Below are positions 41,029 through 50,987 of a DNA stretch of 64,000 nucleotides, piece after piece. Both the position numbers and the translations under genes were made by a program. The notes under the pieces were generated by a model that had not been told where the DNA came from, did no database searches, and saw only the letters and a list, made by a program, of their open reading frames with translations. The first letter of the stretch is position 1, and each line of letters opens with the position of its first letter. The stretch comes from a virus (taxonomy: Duplodnaviria; Caudoviricetes): IMG/VR virus record IMGVR_UViG_3300025030_000042. One strand, 5' to 3'.

Positions 41029-44000
41029 TTATGAGCACTTACTATATCCACAATGTATACAAGAAACACACCCCTCTTTGTAGTTGAGAGCATCTTCTTG
41101 CTTACATTCTGGGCAAACTTTATCTCCCTCTGGTTTTTCTCCGTCTAAAATATATGTTTTTAACACTCTCGCAATACAGCGAGAAAACGAAAACATATCA
41201 CTATCTTTGTCCTTTTGAAGTTGTTCTACAATATAGTTTATCTTAGCTCCGTGTCGTAAACCCAAAGAAATCATTCGAGTTAATGCGGAATGATTTGGAT
41301 TATCAAAAATCTCAATAACATCTTTGATAACAATCTCGCTACCGTTCTCTCCAATTCTTAAATCATAAACATTTTTTTTAGTTTTATATTTTCGTTTTTC
41401 CAAAGATGCTTTTTTATAAGATTTGGGAACTTCAATATATTTCGATAACCCCCCAATAACTTCATATGGTTTATCTTCCATAAGACCAACAGCAATCGTC
41501 CAGTTTTCTCCTTTAAACTTCATTTGATGAATATCGCATAAAAGTTTATCTGGTCTTTTGGGGGCGTTATATTGAGGAAATATTTCATTTACATTTTGTT
41601 TTTTTTCATTATTTGCAATAAGGACTCCAGAGCGTGAACCGTCTACATAAACAGTAATACCCTTTAAACCCTTTTTCCACGCTCTTTTATACAAACTTCC
41701 AACAACTTCAGAAGTTGTTCCTTTTGGAAGATTTATTGTTGAAGAAATACTATGATCAATATTTTGCTGAATAACCGATTGTATATCAACTCTTTTTTCC
41801 CAATCTATTTGATCGCTTTCAATAAAATAATCTGGCATTTTATCTGTACCAAAGAGTGTTAAATATTCTTTAACATTATGATGATAAACTTTATATTCTT
41901 TCCACTTATCTCCAACATCATCTATAAAATCAGCCCTTTCGCTTTTTTCATTATGGTTTAGTTTCCTTCTACGAATATAATGATTTCTAAATACTGGCTC
42001 AATACCAGAACTTGTTTGGCTGATAACAGATACGGTGCCAGTAGGAGCATTAGTCAGTAAAGAAATATTTCTTCTACCTCTTTTTTGAATATCTTTTTGT
42101 ATTTTTTCAGGAAGTCTTTTAATGAAAAAATTATTTTTTTCTTTTTCCCAATCGAACAATGGAAAACTGCCCCTTTGTTCCGAAAGATTTACACTTTCTC
42201 CATAAGCATTATTTCTTAGTATTTCATATATTTTTCCAATAATATCTAATGATTCATTAGAATCATATTTCATTTCTAAACAGGCAATACAATCTGCTAA
42301 TCCGTGAGTTCCGAGTCCTATTCGTCTTCCAGTCTTACAAGCGTTTAAAAGTTTATTCCATAACACTTTTTCGCTTTCTTCATCTACAATATTCAATATT
42401 TTTTCAAGTTTTTCTATTTCCAAATCAACTAAATCATCTGAGAGTCGAGTAGCGATTTTAACAACTTCAGAAAATTTATTAAAATCAAAAAAAGCATCTT
42501 TGGAGAACTTATTAGATACAAAATGTTTTAGATTTATTGAAATCAATCGACAGGAATCATATTCTGACAGTGGAAGTTCAGAACAGTTTGAAACAAGTAG
42601 TCCACCAGTCCAATATGTATGTTCTTCATCGTCAACCGATATATCATAAACTTCTTGTTTCCCTAAAGATATTATTTCTTTTATTTCATAAGTTATTTTC
42701 TGCTTATTAATGTTAGATCTATATCCCAAACATATATCATCTAGTTTTTTTGATTTATATGGTTGTATAAACCCAATCATTTCTCTAAATTTTCTTCTAT
42801 CAACAGTTATATTTAAATCATAACTTTGACGACACTCATAAACTCCATTTGAAAACTCTACGCATTTTGATTTATTTGTAGTATAATAAGAAGAAATGCC
42901 AATAGAAGAAAGCATTTGTTGAACTTCTCTAATAATCCTGAAACTTGATGCTTTTAATGTAATGCGCGTAGAAACAACAGATCCATTTGCCGAATACAAA
43001 CCTCTTAAAAATCCAACAACTTTATTATAATCACCTTTTAAAAATCTTTCAGGAATATATCTATCGTAAGTTTTTGGAAGTTCTGTAGCTATTATAGTAG
43101 TTTTAACTTCCCATCCATAATCAAAAGCCTCCCTTCTATCTTTTAAAATTAAAGAAGATATTTCAGAAGTAAAATAATCTTGATCATCTTTTCCAATACA
43201 TAAATATACCGATAAATCATTAGATGCTTTATGAACAGTTCCGTCTCCAACAATCATTCCATCCATTATGTCTTGTATATTAATATTACTAGAAGATATC
43301 AGTCCGCCTTTACAAATATCAATAGCATAAGCATTTTTAACTTCTATTTTCTCTCCTTCGCACATTACACGATGATTTTCTGTTCCAATAAAACTTCCAG
43401 CAGTCGTTGAATAATCAAAAACTTCTTTAACTCCTGTTTTCCATTTTTTCGTTATTTTGGTCCACCGCTTCCCCGACCAAACAAAATCACCCTCGCTAAC
43501 TTCTCCGATCGTTGAAATACCATTTGAAGTTAAAACAGTTGCCCAAGAAGGCTGGCAGGGATTGACAGAGACGGATCTAAACGATTCATAACATTCCGCC
43601 GGAAGATTATTTCTTACATTGTCCCACATGATCAACCCGGGTTCTGCTGTATATGTAGCCGATTTTACAATCAAATCCCATAAAGTTTTTGCTTTTATTA
43701 TTTTTGAAACTTTAGGATTATTTGAATCAATCGGAAACTTAAGTTCAAAATTCCCATCCTTCTCCACTGCTTTCATAAACTCGTCAGATATTTTAACAGA
43801 GACATTTGCTCCCGTAGTTTTTTTTAAATCTTGTTTCATTACAACAAATTTTTCAACATCTGGATGTCTTACATCCATTGAAATCATTAAAGCTCCACGA
43901 CGATTATTTTGTCCAACCATTCTACAAACATATGAATAAAAATCAGAAAAACTCCAAGCTCCAGTAGTAGTTCCAGCAGAGTTATTCACTCCACAACCAT

Positions 44001-44424
44001 CTGGACGAAGAGTAGAAATATCTATTCCAACTCCACAACGACGCTTAAAAAGATTAGCAAGTTCCTTCCCTTTGTCAATAATAGAAGACATATTATCTTC
44101 TGGAGATGCGATTACAACACAGTTGCTTAATGATACATTTGCGTAATCATTTCCTATTCCATACATTGGACTACCTTGAGGAATAATATTTTTAAATCCC
44201 TTTAATAATTCATAAATTTCTTCTTCGCTCATAGAATTTGGATATTTTTTTTCTATTCTCGCAAATTCTTTTGCCAATCTTCTATGCATATCATCGGGAG
44301 TCTTTTCTAAAAGATTTCCTTCTTTATCTTTTAAAGCATATTTTTTAATCCACACATCTGTCGCAAGTTCATCGCCATTAAAATATTCAAGTGTAGATTT
44401 ATACACCTCTTCTTTGCTATACAT
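41029..44424 (-). CDS. nrdJ: Class II (B12-dependent) ribonucleotide reductase containing an intein
   Basis: GVGIDIS, RRGALM, NP-C/intein/C-SE, TNAPTGT, GIEP, KGITVYVDGSR, C-terminal Zn ribbon. Confidence 0.9.
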   Translation of the reverse strand: MYSKEEVYKSTLEYFNGDELATDVWIKKYALKDKEGNLLEKTPDDMHRRLAKEFARIEKKYPNSMSEEEIYELLKGFKNIIPQGSPMYGIGNDYANVSLSNCVVIASPEDNMSSIIDKGKELANLFKRRCGVGIDISTLRPDGCGVNNSAGTTTGAWSFSDFYSYVCRMVGQNNRRGALMISMDVRHPDVEKFVVMKQDLKKTTGANVSVKISDEFMKAVEKDGNFELKFPIDSNNPKVSKIIKAKTLWDLIVKSATYTAEPGLIMWDNVRNNLPAECYESFRSVSVNPCQPSWATVLTSNGISTIGEVSEGDFVWSGKRWTKITKKWKTGVKEVFDYSTTAGSFIGTENHRVMCEGEKIEVKNAYAIDICKGGLISSSNINIQDIMDGMIVGDGTVHKASNDLSVYLCIGKDDQDYFTSEISSLILKDRREAFDYGWEVKTTIIATELPKTYDRYIPERFLKGDYNKVVGFLRGLYSANGSVVSTRITLKASSFRIIREVQQMLSSIGISSYYTTNKSKCVEFSNGVYECRQSYDLNITVDRRKFREMIGFIQPYKSKKLDDICLGYRSNINKQKITYEIKEIISLGKQEVYDISVDDEEHTYWTGGLLVSNCSELPLSEYDSCRLISINLKHFVSNKFSKDAFFDFNKFSEVVKIATRLSDDLVDLEIEKLEKILNIVDEESEKVLWNKLLNACKTGRRIGLGTHGLADCIACLEMKYDSNESLDIIGKIYEILRNNAYGESVNLSEQRGSFPLFDWEKEKNNFFIKRLPEKIQKDIQKRGRRNISLLTNAPTGTVSVISQTSSGIEPVFRNHYIRRRKLNHNEKSERADFIDDVGDKWKEYKVYHHNVKEYLTLFGTDKMPDYFIESDQIDWEKRVDIQSVIQQNIDHSISSTINLPKGTTSEVVGSLYKRAWKKGLKGITVYVDGSRSGVLIANNEKKQNVNEIFPQYNAPKRPDKLLCDIHQMKFKGENWTIAVGLMEDKPYEVIGGLSKYIEVPKSYKKASLEKRKYKTKKNVYDLRIGENGSEIVIKDVIEIFDNPNHSALTRMISLGLRHGAKINYIVEQLQKDKDSDMFSFSRCIARVLKTYILDGEKPEGDKVCPECKQEDALNYKEGCVSCIHCGYSKCS
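42586..43557 (-). mobile_element. Cis intein (324 aa) with LAGLIDADG endonuclease in nrdJ
   Basis: Starts CQPSW and ends VYDISV..YWTGGLLVSN|C; internal DGMIVGDG and FLRGLYSANG motifs. Confidence 0.9.
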
Positions 44425-45787
44425 TTTTCTTTTCCTTTATATTCCTTAAATGTTCTTTATATTTTTCTTTAACATCCTTATCTTCTTTCGTTTCAATATT
44501 GTTTCCCAAAATCTTTATCGTTGATGTCGCCGTATCCATAAAAATAGGAAATACAATGCCATCCGGACCATTACGATTCTTTGCTATAAATAATCTTCCT
44601 GTATTTGAGTTTTTGTCTTCGGTAGATCTCGACAATGAAATGACGAAATCAGCAACAAATGTTTTGGCAAAACTTTCAGCAATACCATCTAATCCAATCA
44701 CTTCGGAGTTAAAATTGTTTCTATTAGCTTGACTCGCAGTTATTAGTGAGCAATCATACTCTTGAGCAATAGCGCGCAGGTCTTCAAATATTGCTTCAAG
44801 ATCTAATCTTTTTTCCTTATAAATAGATATTGATTTAAGTAAATCTCCATAATCAACAAGAATCATATCCGGATTTATATCATTTTGTCTTAGTTTTTCC
44901 AAATGATTCCGCAATGTTATAACCGAAGCAGATTTTGTTGGATATTCTTTTATTATAAGTTTTCCCGGAACATCTTTGACCATTTCAAAGACTTGATCTT
45001 TAAAGCGATGAAGTTCATTTATGGAAAATCCAGTTATACAAGAATCAAAACGAGAAGCTACTAAAGTATCGGCAAGTTCAAGCGTATAATAAACGACCGT
45101 TTTGCCCGCTTTGATCGCCTGCGCTCCAAGAAAAACCATCAGTTGACTTTTACCGGTTCCACTTGTAGCGATTATTATTGATAGTTCCCTTTTTCCCATA
45201 CCACCCTTACAAATGCTATCTATTGCTTCCCATCCGGTAGAAATCGGTGCTCTGGATTTTATTTCAAATCTCTTTTCAAAATCCTCAATATAATCATATC
45301 CAAAATCGTTATTTTCGCCCTTTTTAAGAGCATTATTGATTGTTGTGCTTATTTCATCAAAAGAACATTTGTTTAATAAGTCTACCGATTCAAGTATCGC
45401 TTTTTTAAGAACTTGTTTGCGACAGAAATCAAGAGATTTATCTTTTATATATTCTTGATCTCCGACATTATTGTAGTCTTCCGTAGAAAACGATTTCGCA
45501 AAAAAGGAACGAATCTGTTCTTGAACCAAATCATTTTCATCATTCAAATCGGTTCTTATAACCGCTTTCATAATATTGATCGAAGGGTGTATCTTATATT
45601 CAGTTTTGTAATCAAATACCTTTCTCGTAAAAACTTGAAGGTATTTCTGTTCAAAATACATTGGCTCAAGAACTTCTTGTATTTGATTACAAAAAGATCG
45701 ATCCAATAAAATGAGTCTTGCTAAATTTTCTTGAAATGATTTACCGAAGATAGAAAGGTTGGCGGTTTCATTATTTTTATTTGACAT
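44417..45787 (-). CDS. dnaB: Replicative DNA helicase (DnaB/T4 gp41-like)
   Basis: Walker A GTGKS, LIIKEYPT, ILVDYGDLL, TASQANR, KNRNG. Confidence 0.92.
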   Translation of the reverse strand: MSNKNNETANLSIFGKSFQENLARLILLDRSFCNQIQEVLEPMYFEQKYLQVFTRKVFDYKTEYKIHPSINIMKAVIRTDLNDENDLVQEQIRSFFAKSFSTEDYNNVGDQEYIKDKSLDFCRKQVLKKAILESVDLLNKCSFDEISTTINNALKKGENNDFGYDYIEDFEKRFEIKSRAPISTGWEAIDSICKGGMGKRELSIIIATSGTGKSQLMVFLGAQAIKAGKTVVYYTLELADTLVASRFDSCITGFSINELHRFKDQVFEMVKDVPGKLIIKEYPTKSASVITLRNHLEKLRQNDINPDMILVDYGDLLKSISIYKEKRLDLEAIFEDLRAIAQEYDCSLITASQANRNNFNSEVIGLDGIAESFAKTFVADFVISLSRSTEDKNSNTGRLFIAKNRNGPDGIVFPIFMDTATSTIKILGNNIETKEDKDVKEKYKEHLRNIKEKKNV

Positions 45788-46348
45788 TTTCCTCCTTGAT
45801 TAAGAGTTTAATAATAGAAAATGAAGTTTCCAAAAAAAGTTTTCGTTCTTTCGTCCAATAAACTGTATAAAAATATCCATTACCCATAATCTTTAAAACT
45901 ATCCCGATACCAAAATGAGTGCTTAAAGACGGATTAAACTCTACCAAATCTCCGACCTTAAAATAATTTTTGTTCATCGTGCCGAACAATCTTCCATTCT
46001 GGAATATAATATTTAAACATTTTATTTAGTTTAATCCAGAATATCTGATATTCTTCAAACTTTTCTTCAAAATTATATCGTTTATTTATGATTACTCCAT
46101 AATCGCCATATTGATTTAATGGAGGATATTTCCAAGTAATAAGTTCTCCGACTTTAAATACTTCATCATTCCGGTTCATAAAATTCATCATAACTTCTTA
46201 CTTGATCCGGGCATACCATATTATCGGAGTTACTCCAAATCATATATTCTCCCCATTTTTCATCGTTATTGGTATATCCAAGAATAATATTAAATGTTTT
46301 GTTCTTTTTATCTATTATCAATGTTCCTATTTTAAGAAGATCTTTCAT
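45777..46348 (-). CDS. Three tandem KxGDL-family ORFs (45777-45989, 45958-46191, 46166-46348)
   Basis: FKVGDLV, FKVGELI, LKIGTLI ... G(I/V)...(Y/F)W. Confidence 0.6.
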
Positions 46349-47303
46349 TTAATAAAATCCGGTTAAACGAATAATAGAGTTCATCCCAGTTCCACTCTCC
46401 AAGTCCATCATAAGCCATCATAGAAAGAAGTTTGGTCTTATTAAAAATAAGTTCTTTATTCTCCATCATATTCTGAATCATTTGCTTTGATTGAATACTG
46501 ATTGACGGAGAGTATAACTGGGTTATCTTGTAGTTTTCAACTATTTTTTGTTGTTCCCGCACAAGATTTTCATATGCCTTGAGTTTTGATCCTTCATTTA
46601 CTTTTTCTTGAGCAAAATCAACAAGTTCTGGAATAGTATATGATTTATTCTTCGACAAGAAAGAAAACCTATTTGCTACAGTAGAAAGACCGATGCCGGA
46701 AACCCCTTCAATATTGTCTCCCTTATCTCCAGCAATAGATCTTGCTAAAGCAAAGTTTGTCGGATGTATTTTATATTGTTCTACGATTCTTTTTGTATTT
46801 AAAATCTCATCTTTAATGGGGCGATATAAAAGAGTTTTATCACTGTGAAGTAGTTGAATGAAATCTTTATCTGAAGAATAAACTATTTTTTGATGTAACT
46901 CCATAAAATGTGTTTGGCACAAAAAAGCAATAACATCATCCGCTTCAACTCCCTCAATAATGACTTGATAAATCGGCATTAAATCATAATATTCACCAAG
47001 TCTCGTCATTTGCTGAATATTATTTTGTCTCTCTTCATTTTCGTTGAGTTGAAACTGACGATTTAAGCGAAGAGGTTTGCGACCTTGTTTATATTGTTTA
47101 TTGATCGTCCTTCTTTTTTGAGATCCGCCAGCACCATCATAAACAATAATGATCTTATCCGGTTTAGTTAAACGAACGATCTTTTGAATAGATTTGAGGG
47201 TTCCAACGATACCGCCAGAAGGATATCCATCTTTATTCAAGGTTGGATTTACGACATAGTTTCGTATAAACAAGTTTGAGTTATCTATTATTAAGTATCG
47301 CAT
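46332..47303 (-). CDS. 5'-3' exonuclease / flap endonuclease (Pol I N-terminal domain or T4 RNase H-like)
   Basis: LIIDNSNL, YDGAG, YKQGR, EADDVIA, SSDKDFIQL, GDKGDNIEGV.GIG. Confidence 0.92.
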   Translation of the reverse strand: MRYLIIDNSNLFIRNYVVNPTLNKDGYPSGGIVGTLKSIQKIVRLTKPDKIIIVYDGAGGSQKRRTINKQYKQGRKPLRLNRQFQLNENEERQNNIQQMTRLGEYYDLMPIYQVIIEGVEADDVIAFLCQTHFMELHQKIVYSSDKDFIQLLHSDKTLLYRPIKDEILNTKRIVEQYKIHPTNFALARSIAGDKGDNIEGVSGIGLSTVANRFSFLSKNKSYTIPELVDFAQEKVNEGSKLKAYENLVREQQKIVENYKITQLYSPSISIQSKQMIQNMMENKELIFNKTKLLSMMAYDGLGEWNWDELYYSFNRILLNERSS

Positions 47304-47841
47304 ATGTCTCTTCGTTGTATTTTGCCAAGTTAAAATCCGACGTATAATAGAAATTTGGTCGATAATTTATCCAATAAACCAAATAAGAATGTCTTTTCGG
47401 GCGTTTTTTAAGTATTATTCCAATGTTTAGTTTTTTTAATAATATCAGTTCTACTTTATGATAAACCAAATCTCCAACATTTAAATCTGGTATCATTATT
47501 ATTTAACGACTTCAATGTAAGGTGATGACTTTTCACAGAATGTCGCTCTTTTGATATCAATCCAATATACCCAATATTGTAAATAATCTTCTTTAAAAAC
47601 TATTCCATAGCCATTTTTAATATCATCATCTCCCGACCAAAGTATCAAACTACCTATTTTCATTTTCATTATTTAAAATAGTCCAATATTCTTTAATATC
47701 ATTTTTTGATTGAATAGTAAAATAACCACTATATTTTTTTGTAATATTAAAAGTATAAATTCTAAAGTATTGAGCAGTAGTTTGAATTATTATTCCAAAA
47801 TAATCACTATTAAAATATCTTATCAAATCTCCGATTTTCAT
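47281..47841 (-). CDS. Three tandem KxGDL-family ORFs (47281-47496; 47499-47663, not in ORF track; 47650-47841)
   Basis: MIPDLNVGDLV, MKIGSLIL..GYGIV..WVYWI, MKIGDLI. Confidence 0.6.
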
Positions 47842-47843
47842 TT

Positions 47844-48260
47844 TTATAACTTCAAAATGCCGATCTTGTTATCATCCATCGTGTATACAATCTTTTTAAT
47901 ACCGCAAAACTTCATAATGCCATAACACATTGAACAAGGTTTTGACAAACGAAATTCGCCCTTTGTATTGATTCTAACGACATAAAGGGTTGATCCATAT
48001 GTCAACGATCGACTTATTCCCAATATCGTCTTTATTTCAGCGTGACGACTGGAAAATCTATTTTCTTTCTTTTCGCAAAACCTTTTTGAAAAGGCGCAAA
48101 ACTCTTTATCATTATAAGAAGCGTTTATAATCGCACCACCGCGTACAAGAACGGCACCGTGGCGCCACTTGTCGTATGTGCTTTGATACGCCTGACGCCG
48201 AGCAAGTTCCAGATAACGACTTATTTTATGGGATATTGGAATCTCTATTGAAGCAGACAT
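47844..48260 (-). CDS. Second Zn-dependent cytidine/deoxycytidylate deaminase-family protein
   Basis: RHGAVLV, RHAEI, SKPCSMC. Confidence 0.85.
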   Translation of the reverse strand: MSASIEIPISHKISRYLELARRQAYQSTYDKWRHGAVLVRGGAIINASYNDKEFCAFSKRFCEKKENRFSSRHAEIKTILGISRSLTYGSTLYVVRINTKGEFRLSKPCSMCYGIMKFCGIKKIVYTMDDNKIGILKL

Positions 48261-48291
48261 CTTTTTTGCCTTTCTTGGATGTCACTTCTAT

Positions 48292-48320
48292 AGAATAGCA
48301 CTACTCTCCTTCTTTGTCAA
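48292..48320 (-). promoter_or_regulatory. Sigma70-type promoter at the recA 3' end
   Basis: TTGACA-17-TATTCT with extended -10 TG. Confidence 0.65.
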
Positions 48321-49461
48321 GAACAGAAAACACTGTGTTTTCGGGAGGTTCCAGCATATCGTCATCGCGTTCGGGACGATCGGTTCCCTTCTCTATCAAA
48401 ACTTCGTCCATAATCGCAAGAACTCGATCGTGAAAACGTTTTTCCTTCAACTTATCAAGAAATGTATTAGATTGAAACTTTTCTTCTGTTCCATCTCCCA
48501 TATCCATCGTAAACCAAGCACCACTGTTCTTTACATAAGAAGTTGATTTAATCGCTTCCATCCAACTTTCTTGATCCATAATACCAAGTTTATCGCCAGC
48601 CCATAGAATCTTGAAACTACAAGTTCTTCCCTCTCTCCCGAACCTTGATTTTTTAATAGTCGCTTTTACCTCAGATCCGATTTGTTGTTCATTTTCATCT
48701 AAAATATAACTTGCTTTACCGCGACGCATTGTTAGATATATTCTCCAACTTGCCGCAAATATTAAACTCTTTCCTCCGGGGGTTACATACGGATCAATAT
48801 ATTTTTCTGCGACGCTATTTGTAATATTTGTTTTTAGTTGATTTAATACCAGTAATATTGAGCCGTGATTTGCCAATGGAATAACAAGTTTTGAAAATCC
48901 TTTGGATAATATCCTTGCCTTAACCCCTATAGATGAGTTAGGATTAAAATCTCCTTCAATATCGTTTATTGAAGGAGTCATCGCCAATGAATCCCAGATA
49001 AATATATATGGCTTTGGGCTTTGCCCCATAAGTTCTTCTATTGTCTCTAAAACATATTCTACACTTGTTGCTTGAACATAAATAAAATCATCAAGATCTA
49101 TTCCCATTCGTTGAATAAATCCACTGTCGATCGCAGACTCGGAATCAAAATATACGACCGTATATCCTTTCTTCATAGCATTTCCGGCAATCTGGATTGC
49201 CATATAAGATTTGCCCGATCCAGAAAGCCCACTTAACTCTATAATTTTAGATTTTGGAACTCCCCCCATTTGTCCCTTACAAATAATACTATCCAACCAA
49301 CGCGAACCAGTAGATATCCATTCTTTGACATCGGTTGGATTTTCTTTGGTTAAATCGTAAGCAACGGTCATTCCTGCTTTTTTATTTATTCTATCGCGGA
49401 GTTCTTGAATGGAAGGTGCTTTATCGTTATTTTCGTCTTTTTCTTTCTTTGGTCTCGCCAT
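48301..49461 (-). CDS. recA: RecA/UvsX recombinase
   Basis: IELSGLSGSGKS, YFDSE, IWDSLA, LNQL, TPGGK. Confidence 0.93.
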   Translation of the reverse strand: MARPKKEKDENNDKAPSIQELRDRINKKAGMTVAYDLTKENPTDVKEWISTGSRWLDSIICKGQMGGVPKSKIIELSGLSGSGKSYMAIQIAGNAMKKGYTVVYFDSESAIDSGFIQRMGIDLDDFIYVQATSVEYVLETIEELMGQSPKPYIFIWDSLAMTPSINDIEGDFNPNSSIGVKARILSKGFSKLVIPLANHGSILLVLNQLKTNITNSVAEKYIDPYVTPGGKSLIFAASWRIYLTMRRGKASYILDENEQQIGSEVKATIKKSRFGREGRTCSFKILWAGDKLGIMDQESWMEAIKSTSYVKNSGAWFTMDMGDGTEEKFQSNTFLDKLKEKRFHDRVLAIMDEVLIEKGTDRPERDDDMLEPPENTVFSVLDKEGE

Positions 49462-49496
49462 ATTCTCCTTTCTCCTATAATATCAATATGTTACTA

Positions 49497-49581
49497 CTGT
49501 GAGAGTAGGATTCGAACCTATGATGGGCTTTTCGCCAACAGATTAACAATCTGCTCTCTGCTTCCGCTCGAGTACCTCACA
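49497..49581 (-). tRNA. tRNA-Asn(GTT) with class II long variable arm
   Basis: TGTGAGG/TCTCACA acceptor, G73, anticodon arm GCAGA-TTGTTAA-TCTGT, variable arm TGGCGAAAAGCCCATC, T loop TTCGAAT; 85 nt; CCA not encoded. Confidence 0.85.
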
Positions 49582-49585
49582 TTAA

Positions 49586-49657
49586 ATCCGAAGGTGGAAC
49601 TTGAATCCACATCTCTCCTCTACAATAAGGAGGCTTTACCAGTTAAGCTACTTCGGA
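49586..49657 (-). tRNA. tRNA-like gene, probable Thr(TGT), with atypical anticodon arm
   Basis: TCCGAAG/CTTCGGA acceptor, GCTT-AACTGGTA-AAGC D arm, CTCCT-TATTGTAG-AGGAG arm, GTGGA-TTCAAGT-TCCAC T arm. Confidence 0.7.
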
Positions 49658-49675
49658 TTTTATTCTATTATTTAG

Positions 49676-49927
49676 TTAGTTAAGCCAACTCCAGTTTTCT
49701 CGTCGCACAATACGACCCACCTGCGAACGAGAAACATAAAATGCTTCAGCAAGTTCGGATTGAGTCCAACCTTGTCGATAAAGAATCCGAATTCTCTTAA
49801 CTTCTCCCGGAGTTAAAAACGCATGTGAACTTGGAAGCGCATTCGTTTGACGGACTACCGCAAATCCAAGATTTCGCAGTGTCTTGGTGAGATCTGATAC
49901 TGACGCTGTTGTGTTTGTTCGTGACAT
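49676..49927 (-). CDS. Helix-turn-helix DNA-binding protein (GC-rich gene)
   Basis: LTPGEVKRIR...TQSELAEAFYVSRSQVGRIV; GGAGG RBS. Confidence 0.75.
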   Translation of the reverse strand: MSRTNTTASVSDLTKTLRNLGFAVVRQTNALPSSHAFLTPGEVKRIRILYRQGWTQSELAEAFYVSRSQVGRIVRRENWSWLN

Positions 49928-49957
49928 ATTTTCCTCCATTGGTTATGTCTACTTTTT

Positions 49958-49986
49958 CTATCGCTCAACCATTACCTATCGCTCAA
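49958..49986. repeat. 11-nt direct repeat CTATCGCTCAA x2 upstream of the HTH gene
   Basis: Copies at 49958-49968 and 49976-49986. Confidence 0.6.
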
Positions 49987-50002
49987 ATCAAATACTCAAT
50001 TG

Positions 50003-50203
50003 TTAAACTTCTTTTACAGACGATAAGTTACTTACACTCATCCAGTTTGAAAATGTAGCGACCAACGATACATCTTCCTTTTCTTTTGTGCCGTTCAAAA
50101 ATGTAAGATATCCTTCATTAACAGAATATCTCTCTGCTTTAACTTCAAAGCGCTTTCCTGGTTGTTCTGGAGTTGGAAGTAATTCCACTACAAAAGTTTT
50201 CAT
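50003..50203 (-). CDS. Hypothetical protein
   Basis: 66-aa ORF abutting the SSB gene. Confidence 0.55.
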   Translation of the reverse strand: MKTFVVELLPTPEQPGKRFEVKAERYSVNEGYLTFLNGTKEKEDVSLVATFSNWMSVSNLSSVKEV

Positions 50204-50204
50204 T

Positions 50205-50987
50205 TTATTCTCCTGTTAACTCTTGAAATGCTTTCTCGATCGAATCCATTTCATTACTACCGGCTTCGTCGCCTTTTTTGCTTCCGCCGGCGGCATACTT
50301 CTTTACCTCTTTTCCAAGGACGTCTCCCTCTTCATCTTTTAACATAAATTCGTTTAAAGTTTGTTCAACCTCCTTACTTGATTTACGCTCATATAAAGTT
50401 GTCAAATCAGGCAGATTTTCAAGAAGCTGCTTTGTTTTTTCTTTTGAATCCGTCATCTTTGACGTATTTCGCTTTGCTTGAATGTTTGTCTTTGCCCAAC
50501 TTTGACCAGGCGCCTTTTTATAGGAAACAACAATATCCGTTCCCTTATCTACATCTGTAATATCCCCGTATTCTGGATCGACAAGCAACTTATAAAGATC
50601 TTCCCAAACCGTTTTACCGAACGACCAAATCTTGGGTGTTTGTTCTTCTTCACCACGAACAAGAATCGTCGCAAAGAATCTTTGCGACACAAACAGTTTC
50701 TTTGCCAGAGCCATATCCTCTTGATTATTTTTTTCTTTGCCGGCGGCATATAACTTGCTGGCAAATGAACAAACTACACAATCATCTCCAAAGTTTCGCT
50801 TTGGACACAATACACCACCACGCGCAATCTCGTAATGAATATGAAAATCCTTTACCGGATCTCCATCGGGAGATGGTAGAATACGAACTACCGCTCCATC
50901 TTCTGGCTTCCAATAGTTTGAACTTCCACCACCTTTGTTTTGGATCTTCTCCATCCTCTCCTTGATCTTATCTAGATTAAGAGCCAT
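50205..50987 (-). CDS. Single-stranded DNA-binding protein (T4 gp32-like)
   Basis: VRILP, HY..CP..GDDCVVC Zn site, KIWSFGK, YGDITD, acidic C-terminal tail. Confidence 0.85.
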   Translation of the reverse strand: MALNLDKIKERMEKIQNKGGGSSNYWKPEDGAVVRILPSPDGDPVKDFHIHYEIARGGVLCPKRNFGDDCVVCSFASKLYAAGKEKNNQEDMALAKKLFVSQRFFATILVRGEEEQTPKIWSFGKTVWEDLYKLLVDPEYGDITDVDKGTDIVVSYKKAPGQSWAKTNIQAKRNTSKMTDSKEKTKQLLENLPDLTTLYERKSSKEVEQTLNEFMLKDEEGDVLGKEVKKYAAGGSKKGDEAGSNEMDSIEKAFQELTGE

